NCBI GenBank assembly: GCA_947175665.1
Contig: CAMWNR010000002.1
Coordinates: 88-64,087, forward strand
Length of the DNA stretch: 64,000 nucleotides
Direction: 5' to 3'
Origin: an uncultured Porphyromonadaceae bacterium
Lineage (GTDB): Bacteria; Bacteroidota; Bacteroidia; Bacteroidales; Muribaculaceae
The notes under the pieces: model-generated
What the model saw: only the letters and a program-made list of their open reading frames with translations
Told to the model about the DNA's origin: nothing
The model's database searches: none
Part shown: positions 37,601 through 48,113 of the stretch, piece by piece
Numbering within the stretch: position 1 is the stretch's first letter
Layout: the number at the start of each line of letters is the position of its first letter
Position numbers and translations under genes: made by a program

Positions 37601-38662
37601 ATGACTGCAATCCACATTTTTAATCCTGAGACAGACTATGCCCTTGCTTCTTTCTCACCTTATTATACACCTCCGGCATCGGTAATCAAACTCCGAAAGG
37701 ACCGTGCATTTACCCCTATGTCATTTGCCAAACCTGGAGATTATATCCTGACGCTTGATGAACTCCCGACGCCTGCAGACCTTCCTGCCTATCTGACTCA
37801 CATTAATTTGAAGGATATTCCCTGTCTACTACAGAAAGTACTTAATACCTCCTGTCACGAAAATGCCGGTTGGCACACCATATCAGATAACAAAAAGATA
37901 AATATTATACCTTGGGGATGGAATCCTGCACTAAAACATATTCTTGCTCAGGCGGGTGTGCCTGAATATATGTTGCCGTCAGATAACTATCTAAAAAATT
38001 TGCGCGATATTTCTCACCGTCGCACTACAATCCCTTTTATTGATCACATCCACACTTTTCTCGGTGAGGTAAATTGCCAAGATGTAATATTGATTCATCC
38101 GCAGGAATTTACTGATGCCGAATCGGCTATCACTCACTATCTGAACAATAATAATAAAGGAGAACAACTCTTTTTCAAAGCACCCTGGAGCAGTTCAGGA
38201 AGAGGTATTCTATTTACTGAAGAACTGGAACTACACCATATCCTCCCTTGGTTAAGAGGAATTATACGCCGACAAGGATCAATAATGGGAGAAATCGCAC
38301 TCGACAAGAAAGTTGATTTCGCCTCCGAGTGGATTATAATCGATAATAACGAAGGAGAACCTGAAGCCAAATTTTTAGGATATTCACTATTTGAGGCATC
38401 TCGACGAGGTAAATACCATTCAAATTACGGCGGCAACTCCAGCGAAATAGAAAGCATACTAAAGTCCAAAGGGGTAAAACTATCACCTGTGATAATAGAA
38501 GCACAGAAATATGCTTTAGAAACGGTTTGTGGCGAATATCGCGGTTACTGCGGCATAGATATGCTCGCCGACACCACCGGCCGTATACATCCCTGCATAG
38601 AAATTAACTGGAGAATCACTATGGGTCTGATCCCCCTCCTCTCCGAACAAAATCAAGATTAA
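37601..38662 (+). CDS. Hypothetical protein, possibly ATP-grasp fold
   Basis: 353 aa. The segments FFKAPWSSSGRGI and CIEINWRITMG (E-x-N-x-R) resemble ATP-grasp motifs. This is a weak call made by eye only. Confidence 0.4.
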   Translation: MTAIHIFNPETDYALASFSPYYTPPASVIKLRKDRAFTPMSFAKPGDYILTLDELPTPADLPAYLTHINLKDIPCLLQKVLNTSCHENAGWHTISDNKKINIIPWGWNPALKHILAQAGVPEYMLPSDNYLKNLRDISHRRTTIPFIDHIHTFLGEVNCQDVILIHPQEFTDAESAITHYLNNNNKGEQLFFKAPWSSSGRGILFTEELELHHILPWLRGIIRRQGSIMGEIALDKKVDFASEWIIIDNNEGEPEAKFLGYSLFEASRRGKYHSNYGGNSSEIESILKSKGVKLSPVIIEAQKYALETVCGEYRGYCGIDMLADTTGRIHPCIEINWRITMGLIPLLSEQNQD

Positions 38663-38720
38663 TCACCCTAAATCATCCTAATTCAGGCAAAATCAAGATT
38701 AATCAGGTTAAATCAAATAA
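38651..38720. repeat. Second 10-bp-phased repeat array (7 units)
   Basis: The array reads aatcaagatt aatcacccta aatcatccta attcaggcaa aatcaagatt aatcaggtta aatcaaataa. Its first 18 nt are identical to 35914-35931. Confidence 0.8.
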
Positions 38721-38787
38721 AACAATTATTTAAACCCCTATCTATCCTATCTATGCAGAGTGCTGTGCCTGCAACTGATTCAGTATA

Positions 38788-39677
38788 CTAAAAATTGCGC
38801 AGTTCGCGATACAGTCGATGAACCGGCAGACCCATTACGTTGTAAAAAGAACCATCTATCTTCTCAACCGCTACAGCGCCTATCCACTCCTGGATGCCGT
38901 AGGAACCCGCCTTATCTATCGGATTGTAGTTCTCCACATAGTATCTCGCCTCCTCCTCTGTGATGGGGGCAAAAGTAACTTCTGTTTCTGACGTGAAGGA
39001 TGTCCGCTGAGTATGTGTAGCAATCGTAACTCCGGTGATTACCTTATGCGTTTTGCCCGACAACTCCATCAACATCGATACTGCTTCATCGTGCGAGTGA
39101 GGTTTGCCGAGCACCTTCTCCCCTATCACAACAAGCGTATCGGCAGTTATCACCAGATCATCACTCTTTAGTTTTATCAAATAGGCGTTAGCCTTTATGT
39201 CCGACAGAAATTGCGGTATCATTTCAACCGGAAGATTTTCCGGGTATTCCTCTTTTAACCCCTCTCTGTGATGGGGGCAAAAGTAACTTCTGTTTCTGAC
39301 GTGAAGGATGTCCGCTGAGTATGTGTAGCAATCGTAACTCCGGTGATTACCTTATGCGTTTTGCCCGACAACTCCATCAACATCGATACTGCTTCATCGT
39401 GCGAGTGAGGTTTGCCGAGCACCTTCTCCCCTATCACAACAAGCGTATCGGCAGTTATCACCAGATCATCACTCTTTAGTTTTATCAAATAGGCGTTAGC
39501 CTTTATGTCCGACAGAAATTGCGGTATCATTTCAACCGGAAGATTTTCCGGGTATTCCTCTTTTAACCCCTCAATCACTACGGTTGAGAACTGTATGCGA
39601 AGCATCTGGAGCAGTTCACGTCTGCGTGGGCTCTTACTTCCTAATATGATATTATATTTCTTTAAATTACTGAGCAT
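38788..39677 (-). pseudogene. maf: Maf-family nucleoside triphosphate pyrophosphatase gene split by an internal 308-bp tandem duplication
   Basis: The two track ORFs (39255..39677 and 38788..39222) share an identical 88-aa stretch, MIPQFLSD...TFAPIT. Removing one 308-bp copy gives one continuous ~193-aa Maf (ILGSKSPRRRELL...GAVAVEKIDGSFYNVMGLP). Confidence 0.85.
38956..39571. repeat. Perfect direct tandem duplication, 2 x 308 bp
   Basis: Copy 1 (38956-39263) and copy 2 (39264-39571) are identical at every base in my manual comparison. The unit length is not a multiple of 3. Confidence 0.9.
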
Positions 39678-39783
39678 TTCTGTATTATTTATATATTATT
39701 ATTTGAGTTGGATCAATGCTGCTTTGATCCGATTACACAATTTAGCAAATCTCGGGGTGATAGATTTTAAGTATTTGTGAGAA

Positions 39784-40293
39784 CTAATAGGCATATTTAT
39801 CCCAAAGCCCTTGCGCTCGCATTACGCTTTCTATCAGGTCTCTGACACAACCGTAACCACCTCCGCATTTGGAGATAAATTTTGCTGTCTGCAATACTTC
39901 CGGTCTTGCATCGTAAGGAGCCGATGGCAAACCGACACAGCGCATGATGCCGAGATCCGGTATATCATCACCCATATATGCAATCTGTTCTGCTGATATT
40001 TCTGATTTCCGGAGCCAGTTGTCAAATACTTCCATTTTATCGGTTACTCCTATATAAACATCACTAATACCGAGAAGGTTATACCGCTTCTTCACATTTT
40101 CGCACTTACCTCCGGTAATTACAGCCATTTTAAACCCTGCTCTTAAGGCGACACGTATAGCAAATCCATCGTGGAGATTAGTGGTGCGAATAGGTTGGCC
40201 TTCCTCACTTATCTGAAGAACCGTAGAGGAAAGAACTCCATCTACATCCAGTACGAAACCCTCTATCGAATATACTTCACTTAATTTACTCAT
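39784..40293 (-). CDS. kdsC: KDO 8-phosphate phosphatase (HAD-IIIA)
   Basis: 169 aa with FVLDVDGVL, the C-terminal YMGDDIPDL motif and typical KdsC size. Confidence 0.85.
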   Translation of the reverse strand: MSKLSEVYSIEGFVLDVDGVLSSTVLQISEEGQPIRTTNLHDGFAIRVALRAGFKMAVITGGKCENVKKRYNLLGISDVYIGVTDKMEVFDNWLRKSEISAEQIAYMGDDIPDLGIMRCVGLPSAPYDARPEVLQTAKFISKCGGGYGCVRDLIESVMRAQGLWDKYAY

Positions 40294-41023
40294 ATCTCTT
40301 AATTATATTCTTTGTGATCAAGTCGTAAACTTCTTTGGCTTCGGGATTATCAGATAACTTGTCCAAGTGATTTTTAATAACCTCTACATCTCCTCTGCGC
40401 GCCGGACCTGTTAATGCCTCCGAGGGAGATAAAACACCGAGTTTTTCTACCGTCTGCCTCATAAGCGGAAGTAACAATTTGAAATCTCCACCTTTATTAT
40501 TAAGATATTCTTCTGCCAAATTACAAAGATAAACCGAAAAGTTGCAGGCCATGACGGCTGCCAGATGATATTCACCACGCTTTGCAGAATCGGCAAGCAG
40601 CACATTGCAACTCAGACACTTCGCCAATCGTATTATCTGCGATTCAGTGTTATTATCATCCCCCTCTATAAGAAACGGAATCTCATCATACTCCATATCC
40701 GCTCCAACGCTGAATGTCTGCATCGGATACATTACCCCACACTTAATATTCTTGCCAATCTTTTCAGCGGCTTGTTGCAAAACTTCAATACCTACCGACC
40801 CGGATGTATGAACCACTGTTTTACCTTCATCTATTAATTTTATTACAGACTCGGCAACCTCTTTTATAGCGACATCCTTTACCGTGATGATATAAATATC
40901 ACACTCATTAGGCACTTCCGTTAGGGTTCTTGAATTAATCAAATGAGTATCAACGCCCGCTCTACTGAATCCATTGGCAAGATGCGAGCCTACATTACCC
41001 GAGCCTATTATGCAGATGTTCAT
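40286..41023 (-). CDS. Rossmann-like / DUF2520 domain protein (ProC-like oxidoreductase fold)
   Basis: 245 aa with the N-terminus MNICIIGSGNVGSHLANGF and a C-terminal DUF2520-like region (GPARRGD). Confidence 0.68.
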   Translation of the reverse strand: MNICIIGSGNVGSHLANGFSRAGVDTHLINSRTLTEVPNECDIYIITVKDVAIKEVAESVIKLIDEGKTVVHTSGSVGIEVLQQAAEKIGKNIKCGVMYPMQTFSVGADMEYDEIPFLIEGDDNNTESQIIRLAKCLSCNVLLADSAKRGEYHLAAVMACNFSVYLCNLAEEYLNNKGGDFKLLLPLMRQTVEKLGVLSPSEALTGPARRGDVEVIKNHLDKLSDNPEAKEVYDLITKNIIKRYE

Positions 41024-41050
41024 AAAATTACTATCCTAAGTAAATAATGA

Positions 41051-41090
41051 AATTTAAAAGTTAGGGACGCGATATTATTGCGTCCCTAAC
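41051..41090 (-). terminator. Hairpin terminator after the ROK gene
   Basis: GTTAGGGACGC-N9-GCGTCCCTAAC, followed by a T-rich run on the minus strand. Confidence 0.6.
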
Positions 41091-41173
41091 ATTATATTCA
41101 TATTTATACCCTTTCAGGTGTAAAAATCAATTTTAATTTCTATCTATACCCGATAAGGTATCAGATTAGTCGA

Positions 41174-42202
41174 TTAAACCTCTTCGGCTGCGGCTGAAGG
41201 TGCAGAAGCAAACTGTGCCGCCGGTGTCTCCGTACGGAACTTAGCCTCCCAACCGAGTGCAGATGCACCAAGCACAGCAGCATCACTCTCTTTGAGTTCG
41301 GAAAGGATAATTTTGGTCTTACCACGGAAAATGGGGAACAATGATTTCTCAAATGTTTCACGCAGTGGTTTCAGCAAGAGGTCACCGCTCTTAGCAAGGC
41401 CACCAAACAGTATAATAGCCTGAGGGCTTGAGAATGCCACCATATCAGCGAGAGCCTCACCGAGAATTGTAGCGGTATATTCGAAAATCTCTTTAGCGAG
41501 TTTATCACCTGCTATCGCTGCATCATATACATCTTTTGAAGTAATCAACTCCACATCAAGATTACGCAAAGTTGAGGGGTCCGAGCGTAATTCGAGGAAT
41601 TCACGTGCTGTGCGTGCTACACCTGTAGCCGAGCAATATGCTTCAAGACAACCGGTACGACCACATCCGCACACTCGGCCATTGTTACGTTTCATTATAA
41701 CGTGACCAAGTTCGCCGGCAAATCCATCGTGACCATATACGAGTTGGCCGTTGACTACAATACCCGAACCTACACCGGTGCCGAGAGTAATCATAATGAA
41801 ATCTTTCATACCGCGCGCTGCACCGTATGTCATCTCACCAAGGGCTGCTGCATTGGCATCGTTGGTTACTGCTACGGGGATACCTCCAAATTCACGGCTT
41901 ACTCGCTCAGCAATAGGTACTATCCCTTTACCCCAGGGCAGATTAGGTGTATTCTGAATTTCACCTGTATAATAGTTTGCATTAGGTGCACCGATACCGA
42001 TACCCTGTATTTCGTTTTCAGCGTCATTAGCCTTAAGCAGACGCATTACTTCAGCGTGAAGTTCGCTGATATATGAATCAAAATCAGCATGCTTTTGGGT
42101 CTTGATTGAATCGCTTGCCACTACATGGCCGCGCGCATCTACAATACCGAATACTGTGTTTGTGCCACCTATATCGATACCGAGTACGTATGGTTTGCTC
42201 AT
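41174..42202 (-). CDS. ROK family sugar kinase (glucokinase-like)
   Basis: 342 aa with LGIDIGGTNT, the ROK Zn motif CGCGRTGCLE and an Ala-rich C-terminal tail. Confidence 0.85.
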   Translation of the reverse strand: MSKPYVLGIDIGGTNTVFGIVDARGHVVASDSIKTQKHADFDSYISELHAEVMRLLKANDAENEIQGIGIGAPNANYYTGEIQNTPNLPWGKGIVPIAERVSREFGGIPVAVTNDANAAALGEMTYGAARGMKDFIMITLGTGVGSGIVVNGQLVYGHDGFAGELGHVIMKRNNGRVCGCGRTGCLEAYCSATGVARTAREFLELRSDPSTLRNLDVELITSKDVYDAAIAGDKLAKEIFEYTATILGEALADMVAFSSPQAIILFGGLAKSGDLLLKPLRETFEKSLFPIFRGKTKIILSELKESDAAVLGASALGWEAKFRTETPAAQFASAPSAAAEEV

Positions 42203-42759
42203 ATTATTAATATTTTATATAAGGTTAAATAAAGTCTTTGTCTATAATTTGAGTTTTTCAGAAGCGATTCCGTAAATTTCGGAGAGTAAGTAGCGAAAAT
42301 ATCTTCTGGCCGCCCTGAGCGGTCTAATTACATCATATAAACATTGCAAAGATAAAAAATTATTCCTAATAATAGGTTATTTTAACCGATTTTTTGCTTT
42401 CCTCCTTAGCATTTATAATATTTTTATCATTTTTCACTTTGCGGTTTTAGCATTGTGGAATCCTTTACCTTTATAAATATAAAAAGTAGATCAATTTATA
42501 TATTCAGGATTATACATTCAGGAATTATCAATCTCTGCTTAAATCGGTCGCACCGTCTCTCCGCCTCTTCTGCTTACGATAGATAGTTCTATTAAAACCT
42601 TTCTCTTGCTGTTTAATTATTTGTTGTCGTATAGTTGGTAAACCTTAACATTATCTTATTTGTTACAATATCGAAAGCAAACTTATGATGCGATGTTTAA
42701 ATACCTTAAACATCAACATTCTGAAATTACTACTGTAAAAAATTATAATCTTAAATACT

Positions 42760-45357
42760 ATGAACTTTAATAATTTCACTATCAAATCTCAAGAGATTGT
42801 ACAGAAGGCAATCGATATTACCCGATCTGCCGGGCAGCAACAGATTGAACCTGTACATATTCTCAAGGCTATGATTTCTGAAAGTGAGTCTATCTTAAAC
42901 TTTATTTTTCAGAAATTAGGCGTAAGTCTGGCAACCATCTCTCAGGCTGTCGATCGTGATATAGCCTCACTTCCTAAGGTTAGCGGTGGCGATGTTCTGC
43001 TTTCTCGTGAATCTAACGAGGCTATGCAGAAGGCTATCGATTTCTCTAAGAGTATGGGTGATGAGTATGTTTCGGTTGAAGCAATGCTCATGGGTATACT
43101 CCGTACTAAATGCAAAGCGTCTCAAATCCTTAAAGATGCCGGTGTGACCGAGAAAGGTCTTGAAGCGGCCATCAATGATCTGCGTAAGGGGAATAAGGTT
43201 AAAGATCAGAGTGCTGAGGAGTCTTATCAGGCACTATCTAAATATGCTATCAACCTTAATGATCGCGCCCGTGCAGGCAAACTCGATCCGGTTATTGGTC
43301 GTGATGAGGAGATCAGACGAGTTCTGCAGATTCTATCCCGACGCTCTAAAAATAATCCGATGCTCGTAGGCGAACCCGGTACCGGTAAAACCGCGATTGC
43401 AGAGGGATTGGCTCACCGTATTGTACGTGGTGATGTACCGGAAAACCTGAAGTCCAAACAGATTTATTCATTGGATATGGGTGCCTTGGTGGCCGGTGCA
43501 AAGTATAAGGGTGAGTTTGAAGAGCGCCTTAAGGCTATAGTTAATGAAGTAACTCAGAGCGATGGGGAGATAATTCTCTTTATCGATGAAATACATACTC
43601 TTGTAGGAGCCGGTAAGGGGGAAGGTGCGATGGATGCCGCCAATATTCTTAAGCCTGCTCTTGCACGTGGAGAATTACGCTCAATCGGTGCGACAACTCT
43701 CGATGAGTATCAGAAATATTTTGAGAAAGATAAAGCCCTCGAACGTCGTTTCCAGAAAGTTATGGTAGACGAACCGGATGAGATGGCTGCAATTTCGATA
43801 CTTCGTGGCCTCAAGGAGAGATATGAGAATCACCATAAGGTTCGTATTATGGATGAGGCTATTATCGCCGCCGTGCAACTAAGCGTACGATATATAACCG
43901 ATCGTTTCCTCCCTGATAAAGCCATTGACCTTATCGATGAGGCTGCTTCCAAACTCCGCCTTGAAATGGACTCAATGCCGCAGGCTCTCGATGAAGCAAC
44001 CCGTAAGATTATGCAACTCGAAATTGAGCGTGAGGCACTCAAACGTGAAGGCAACGATTATAAACTCAAGGAGATAGATGAGGATATCGCTAACCTTAAA
44101 GATACTGAGAAATCTCTTAAGGCTAAATGGCAGGCTGAGAAAAATGAAATCAATAAGATTCAGCAGAATAAAATCGATATCGAGCAACTCAAACTTGAGG
44201 CCGAACGTGCCGAACGTGAAGGTGATTATGGTAAAGTAGCCGAAATCAGATATAGCAAGATCAAGCAGAAAGAAGATGAAAACGCTGCAATTCAGCAACG
44301 ACTTAAGGAACTTCAAGGCGAAGGTGCCATGATTAAGGAAGAAGTGGATGCTGAGGATATTGCTGAGATCGTAAGCCGCTGGACCGGAATACCGGTTAAG
44401 AAAATGGCTCAGAGTGAGAAAGAAAAACTCCTGCACCTCGAAGAGGAACTACACCGTCGTGTCGTAGGTCAGGATGATGCAATCCGTGCTGTCTCTGATG
44501 CCGTACGCAGATCTCGTGCCGGACTTAACGATCCTCGCAGACCTATCGGTTCTTTCATCTTCCTCGGTACTACCGGTGTAGGTAAGACTGAACTTGCCAA
44601 GGCTCTGGCCGAATACTTGTTTGACGATGAAGATATGATGACACGTATCGATATGTCTGAATATATGGAGAAGCATTCAGTGAGCCGTCTCGTAGGAGCG
44701 CCTCCGGGATATGTAGGTTACGATGAGGGAGGTCAACTTACCGAGGCAGTGCGCCGCAAACCATATAGCGTCGTTCTGTTTGATGAGATAGAAAAGGCTA
44801 ATCCTGATGTATTCAATATCTTGCTTCAGGTACTCGATGACGGTAGACTCACCGATAATAAGGGACGTTTCATCAACTTTAAAAACACTATCATTATCAT
44901 GACCTCTAACATGGGTAGTGATATAATACGCGAAAAATTCCAGGGGTTTGCCGATAAAAACGAAGAGGAGAAAGAAAATATCATCTCTCAGACCAAACTC
45001 GATGTAATGGATAGACTTAAACAGATTATCCGCCCGGAATTCCTCAACCGTATTGATGAGACAGTGATGTTTACACCCCTTGATAAACATGACATCCAGA
45101 AGATTGTCGATATTCAAGTTAAGAGTGTACAGAAAATGCTTGCATCCAACGGCGTAACATTAGAAATCACCAAACCCGCCCTCGAACTTCTGGCCGAAGA
45201 CGGTTACGATCCCGAATTTGGCGCACGTCCGGTAAAACGTACTATACAGCGTATGGTACTTAACCAGTTGTCAAAAGACATTCTTGCTCAGAAAGTCGAC
45301 AATGCTCATCCTATTATTATTGATCGTAAAGGTGATGATCTTATCTTCCGCAACTGA
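42760..45357 (+). CDS. clpB: ATP-dependent chaperone ClpB
   Basis: 865 aa with two AAA+ modules ([16 protein letters not shown]) and a coiled-coil middle domain. Confidence 0.98.
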   Translation: MNFNNFTIKSQEIVQKAIDITRSAGQQQIEPVHILKAMISESESILNFIFQKLGVSLATISQAVDRDIASLPKVSGGDVLLSRESNEAMQKAIDFSKSMGDEYVSVEAMLMGILRTKCKASQILKDAGVTEKGLEAAINDLRKGNKVKDQSAEESYQALSKYAINLNDRARAGKLDPVIGRDEEIRRVLQILSRRSKNNPMLVGEPGTGKTAIAEGLAHRIVRGDVPENLKSKQIYSLDMGALVAGAKYKGEFEERLKAIVNEVTQSDGEIILFIDEIHTLVGAGKGEGAMDAANILKPALARGELRSIGATTLDEYQKYFEKDKALERRFQKVMVDEPDEMAAISILRGLKERYENHHKVRIMDEAIIAAVQLSVRYITDRFLPDKAIDLIDEAASKLRLEMDSMPQALDEATRKIMQLEIEREALKREGNDYKLKEIDEDIANLKDTEKSLKAKWQAEKNEINKIQQNKIDIEQLKLEAERAEREGDYGKVAEIRYSKIKQKEDENAAIQQRLKELQGEGAMIKEEVDAEDIAEIVSRWTGIPVKKMAQSEKEKLLHLEEELHRRVVGQDDAIRAVSDAVRRSRAGLNDPRRPIGSFIFLGTTGVGKTELAKALAEYLFDDEDMMTRIDMSEYMEKHSVSRLVGAPPGYVGYDEGGQLTEAVRRKPYSVVLFDEIEKANPDVFNILLQVLDDGRLTDNKGRFINFKNTIIIMTSNMGSDIIREKFQGFADKNEEEKENIISQTKLDVMDRLKQIIRPEFLNRIDETVMFTPLDKHDIQKIVDIQVKSVQKMLASNGVTLEITKPALELLAEDGYDPEFGARPVKRTIQRMVLNQLSKDILAQKVDNAHPIIIDRKGDDLIFRN

Positions 45358-45413
45358 TTAATAATACCGGATCCGACAAGATAACTTAATACCCCAACTT
45401 TTTTCATATCCGC

Positions 45414-45456
45414 ATGAGGCCGAGTTAATTTGATATAACTCGGCCTCATTTTTTTG
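45414..45456 (+). terminator. Rho-independent terminator after clpB
   Basis: ATGAGGCCGAGTTA-N8-TAACTCGGCCTCAT followed by TTTTTTT. Confidence 0.8.
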
Positions 45457-45510
45457 GTTATTTTTCAAATAATAATTATATTCGCATTATCATGTGTATA
45501 AACAAATATT

Positions 45511-46392
45511 ATGGGAAATACACCGCGATACATGCATCTAATGACTGATTATGCTTTCAAACGCATATTCGGCTCAGAAGAAACGAAACAGACATTGATA
45601 CTTTTTCTCAATGACATTCTTGAAGGAAAAGAAACTATCACTGATGTGACATTTCTTGATAAGGAGCAACTCCCATTTAAAGAAGATAACAAAAGGGTTG
45701 TGTTTGATATCTACTGTACCACGACCGAGGGATCGCATATTATCATAGAGATGCAACGAACTATCCAACCTACGTTTTCGGAGCGCGCATTAGTATATTG
45801 CTCCCATGCATTATTAAAGCAGATTAGAAAAGGGAACAATTACGAATTTGCAAAAGTTTACGGTATATTCCTTATGGATTTTCATATATTAGGTCATTCC
45901 CCGAAAATGGTAAGAAAGATTGGATTGATCGATGAAGATAGCAAGGAAGTATTCTCCGATAAATTGAATATGATATTCCTTGACCTATGCACAATGCAAT
46001 ATGATAGTTTTGAAAAGTGTAAGAACCAATTAGAGCAGTGGTTGTTTTTAATTAAAAATCTTGAAACTATGAATGAGAAGCCAAAAGATTACCCCATTTT
46101 TGATGAATTATTTGAGGCAGCAGACCTTTCGCATCTTGCTAATGAAGAAGTAGTAAGTTATAGTCAATCAAGAATGAAACTTGAAGATGACCGCCTGGGC
46201 ATGGCTTACTTCGGCGAGCAAAAAAGAATAGAAGGAAGAAAAGAAGGGAGAATAGAAGGTATTCAAGAGGGAGAGACTAAGATGCTGCAGAATATTGTCA
46301 AGAAACTTAGAGATTGTGGGATGAGCATTAGTGAAATTTCCTCTAAACTCGGATATAATGATACATATATCGCTTCTTTAGATAAATCTTGA
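45511..46392 (+). CDS. Rpn-family recombination-promoting nuclease / PD-(D/E)XK putative transposase
   Basis: 293 aa. The N-terminus MTDYAFKRIFGSEETKQTLILFLNDIL and the VFDIYC...IIEMQ core are typical of this multicopy Bacteroidales family. Confidence 0.78.
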   Translation: MGNTPRYMHLMTDYAFKRIFGSEETKQTLILFLNDILEGKETITDVTFLDKEQLPFKEDNKRVVFDIYCTTTEGSHIIIEMQRTIQPTFSERALVYCSHALLKQIRKGNNYEFAKVYGIFLMDFHILGHSPKMVRKIGLIDEDSKEVFSDKLNMIFLDLCTMQYDSFEKCKNQLEQWLFLIKNLETMNEKPKDYPIFDELFEAADLSHLANEEVVSYSQSRMKLEDDRLGMAYFGEQKRIEGRKEGRIEGIQEGETKMLQNIVKKLRDCGMSISEISSKLGYNDTYIASLDKS

Positions 46393-46435
46393 AACTATAT
46401 TTACATCCCTGTATTTCCTACATAACAAAATATTA

Positions 46436-46510
46436 ATACCTGTTCGTGATACTCACGCGTGTTCGTGATGTAACACCTGTTCGTGATATTAACACCTATT
46501 CGCGTTAACA
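46436..46510. repeat. Degenerate tandem repeat, ~19-nt unit, core TGTTCGTGAT, about 4 copies
   Basis: Cores lie at 46441, 46460 and 46478, with a degenerate TATTCGCGTT at 46497. Confidence 0.7.
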
Positions 46511-46516
46511 ATTTTC

Positions 46517-48112
46517 TTATACAGGCTTAGCCTTCGAAAAATGGGCAATTATGCGTGAGTAGAATCGACGTATCCCTTTATCTGTCAGATATTGGAGAAT
46601 CGCAAATATTATCGCGAATAGCAATGTTTTTATTATACCAATAATCAATTGTATACCCTCATTTCGTTCTATCAACTCCATTTTAATACCATTTCCTATA
46701 AGTTTCACTATAAGCGCTACCAAGATCGCTATTAGAATACTTATTATCAGAGGTCGGTAATATAGGTGCAAAATCATGATGTTAGATTGTCTGAATCCTC
46801 TGGTTATCAGATAGTATGGCTTCCATATAAATGTCATGACCGTTACTCCGGATAGTGCTCCGCAAATCACACCGTTTAGTCCATAATAGTATCCCGCTGA
46901 TATTGAAACTATTAGAGTTATCAACCCCTCACAAAGCGGCGCCCATATATCTCCCACAACTCCCTTGGCAAGTGTAAAACTTTCTGTACTTCCCTTTATT
47001 ATCCATATATAGAGAAGTAAGCCGAGCAAAATTACCGATAGATCGGAAAATTTATATTCCTCCCCTACCCATATTGCTGTAAATGGATTAGAGCATATAT
47101 AGAAAGCATAAAAAAGGATAGAACCCATCAGAATCCTTACGCTGTGGAGTTCTGTAAATAATGAAATTTCATGATCATTACCCAGCGTATGGTGCAAATT
47201 TCCAATACCTGCTTCAATCCCTTTAAATACCGACTCTACAAATCGGTACATTCCGGTCATAATAAGCAAATAGTTGGCATATACCGCTACTGTACTTACC
47301 GTTACGAATAAGTATACCATAAATGGAGTCATCTGTTTTACCAGAAATCCTCCGATTTTGTGGTATATCAACAGGCCTGTAATTTTCATCACGTTCGGAT
47401 GTTTCCGACGTAAGGTGCTGCTCCCCTCTTCAGAAATTTTTAATCCGGGAAATGTCCGACCTACCATATACCGCATCAGGATTGCAGAAACAATTATCCC
47501 AATAGCCTCTAATATTAACCATAATTGATAACCTATTGCGGGATATTTGGCTATTGCTATGATCTGCAACGATATAATTATCACCTTAGGGCCGCGATAG
47601 GAGATATTTACCTTGTAATCTCGCTGCGAGGCAGTCAGCAAAACTTCTGAATAGTTTACAAGGTACCCCGTGACCGCACCTGCCAACATAACAATAAACG
47701 TACTGTAAGCATACCACATAGGGAGACCGCTCTTGGCAAATATCCGGGGAAAGAAAGGCATTAATACTAATGCGCCTATGATCATAAAGACTGCCACTCT
47801 GCGATACAACCATCTGTGTAGTCCGAGTATTCCGGAAACTGCTATATGATCTCCTTTTGCCAGGGGACCATAGAGTGAGTATCCTACTGCGGTGGCGATC
47901 CCCATTTCGGCCAAGTTAAGAAACTCCAATAGAGATATTATTGTAGAGTTTATACCCAGCACACTTGCACCCAGATAATTGATAAAGACCCTGCGGGATA
48001 CAAATTGTAATATCATCAACAGTATAAAAAAGATTATTCCCACCACCCCGTTGCGCACGGTAAAGCCGGTGCGCGACCGGGTAGTAGGAACTGTAATCTT
48101 CGGTCTTTTCAT
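46517..48112 (-). CDS. MOP/Wzx-like polysaccharide flippase-family membrane protein
   Basis: 531 aa with ~12-14 TM spans and a Wzx-like N-terminal pattern (FINYLGASVLGINSTIISLLEFLNLAEMGIATAV). Its ATG lies 1 nt after the sprA stop. Confidence 0.55.
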   Translation of the reverse strand: MKRPKITVPTTRSRTGFTVRNGVVGIIFFILLMILQFVSRRVFINYLGASVLGINSTIISLLEFLNLAEMGIATAVGYSLYGPLAKGDHIAVSGILGLHRWLYRRVAVFMIIGALVLMPFFPRIFAKSGLPMWYAYSTFIVMLAGAVTGYLVNYSEVLLTASQRDYKVNISYRGPKVIIISLQIIAIAKYPAIGYQLWLILEAIGIIVSAILMRYMVGRTFPGLKISEEGSSTLRRKHPNVMKITGLLIYHKIGGFLVKQMTPFMVYLFVTVSTVAVYANYLLIMTGMYRFVESVFKGIEAGIGNLHHTLGNDHEISLFTELHSVRILMGSILFYAFYICSNPFTAIWVGEEYKFSDLSVILLGLLLYIWIIKGSTESFTLAKGVVGDIWAPLCEGLITLIVSISAGYYYGLNGVICGALSGVTVMTFIWKPYYLITRGFRQSNIMILHLYYRPLIISILIAILVALIVKLIGNGIKMELIERNEGIQLIIGIIKTLLFAIIFAILQYLTDKGIRRFYSRIIAHFSKAKPV

Positions 48113-48113
48113 T

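Noticed and set aside
38788-39677. Two paralogous small Maf-like genes in tandem
   Set aside because: The shared region is 100 percent identical at the DNA level, and the two ORFs are simply the frameshifted halves created by a 308-bp tandem duplication inside one maf gene.
42203-42759. Possible small RNA or housekeeping ncRNA (SRP, RNase P, tmRNA, 6S) in the 557-bp clpB upstream region
   Set aside because: I found none of the conserved cores I know (the SRP GGAA tetraloop region, the RNase P GAGGAAAGTCC motif, the tmRNA 5' end). Only short hairpins are present, for example GATGTTTAA-N5-TTAAACATC near 42690. An unknown ncRNA cannot be excluded without covariance-model searches.
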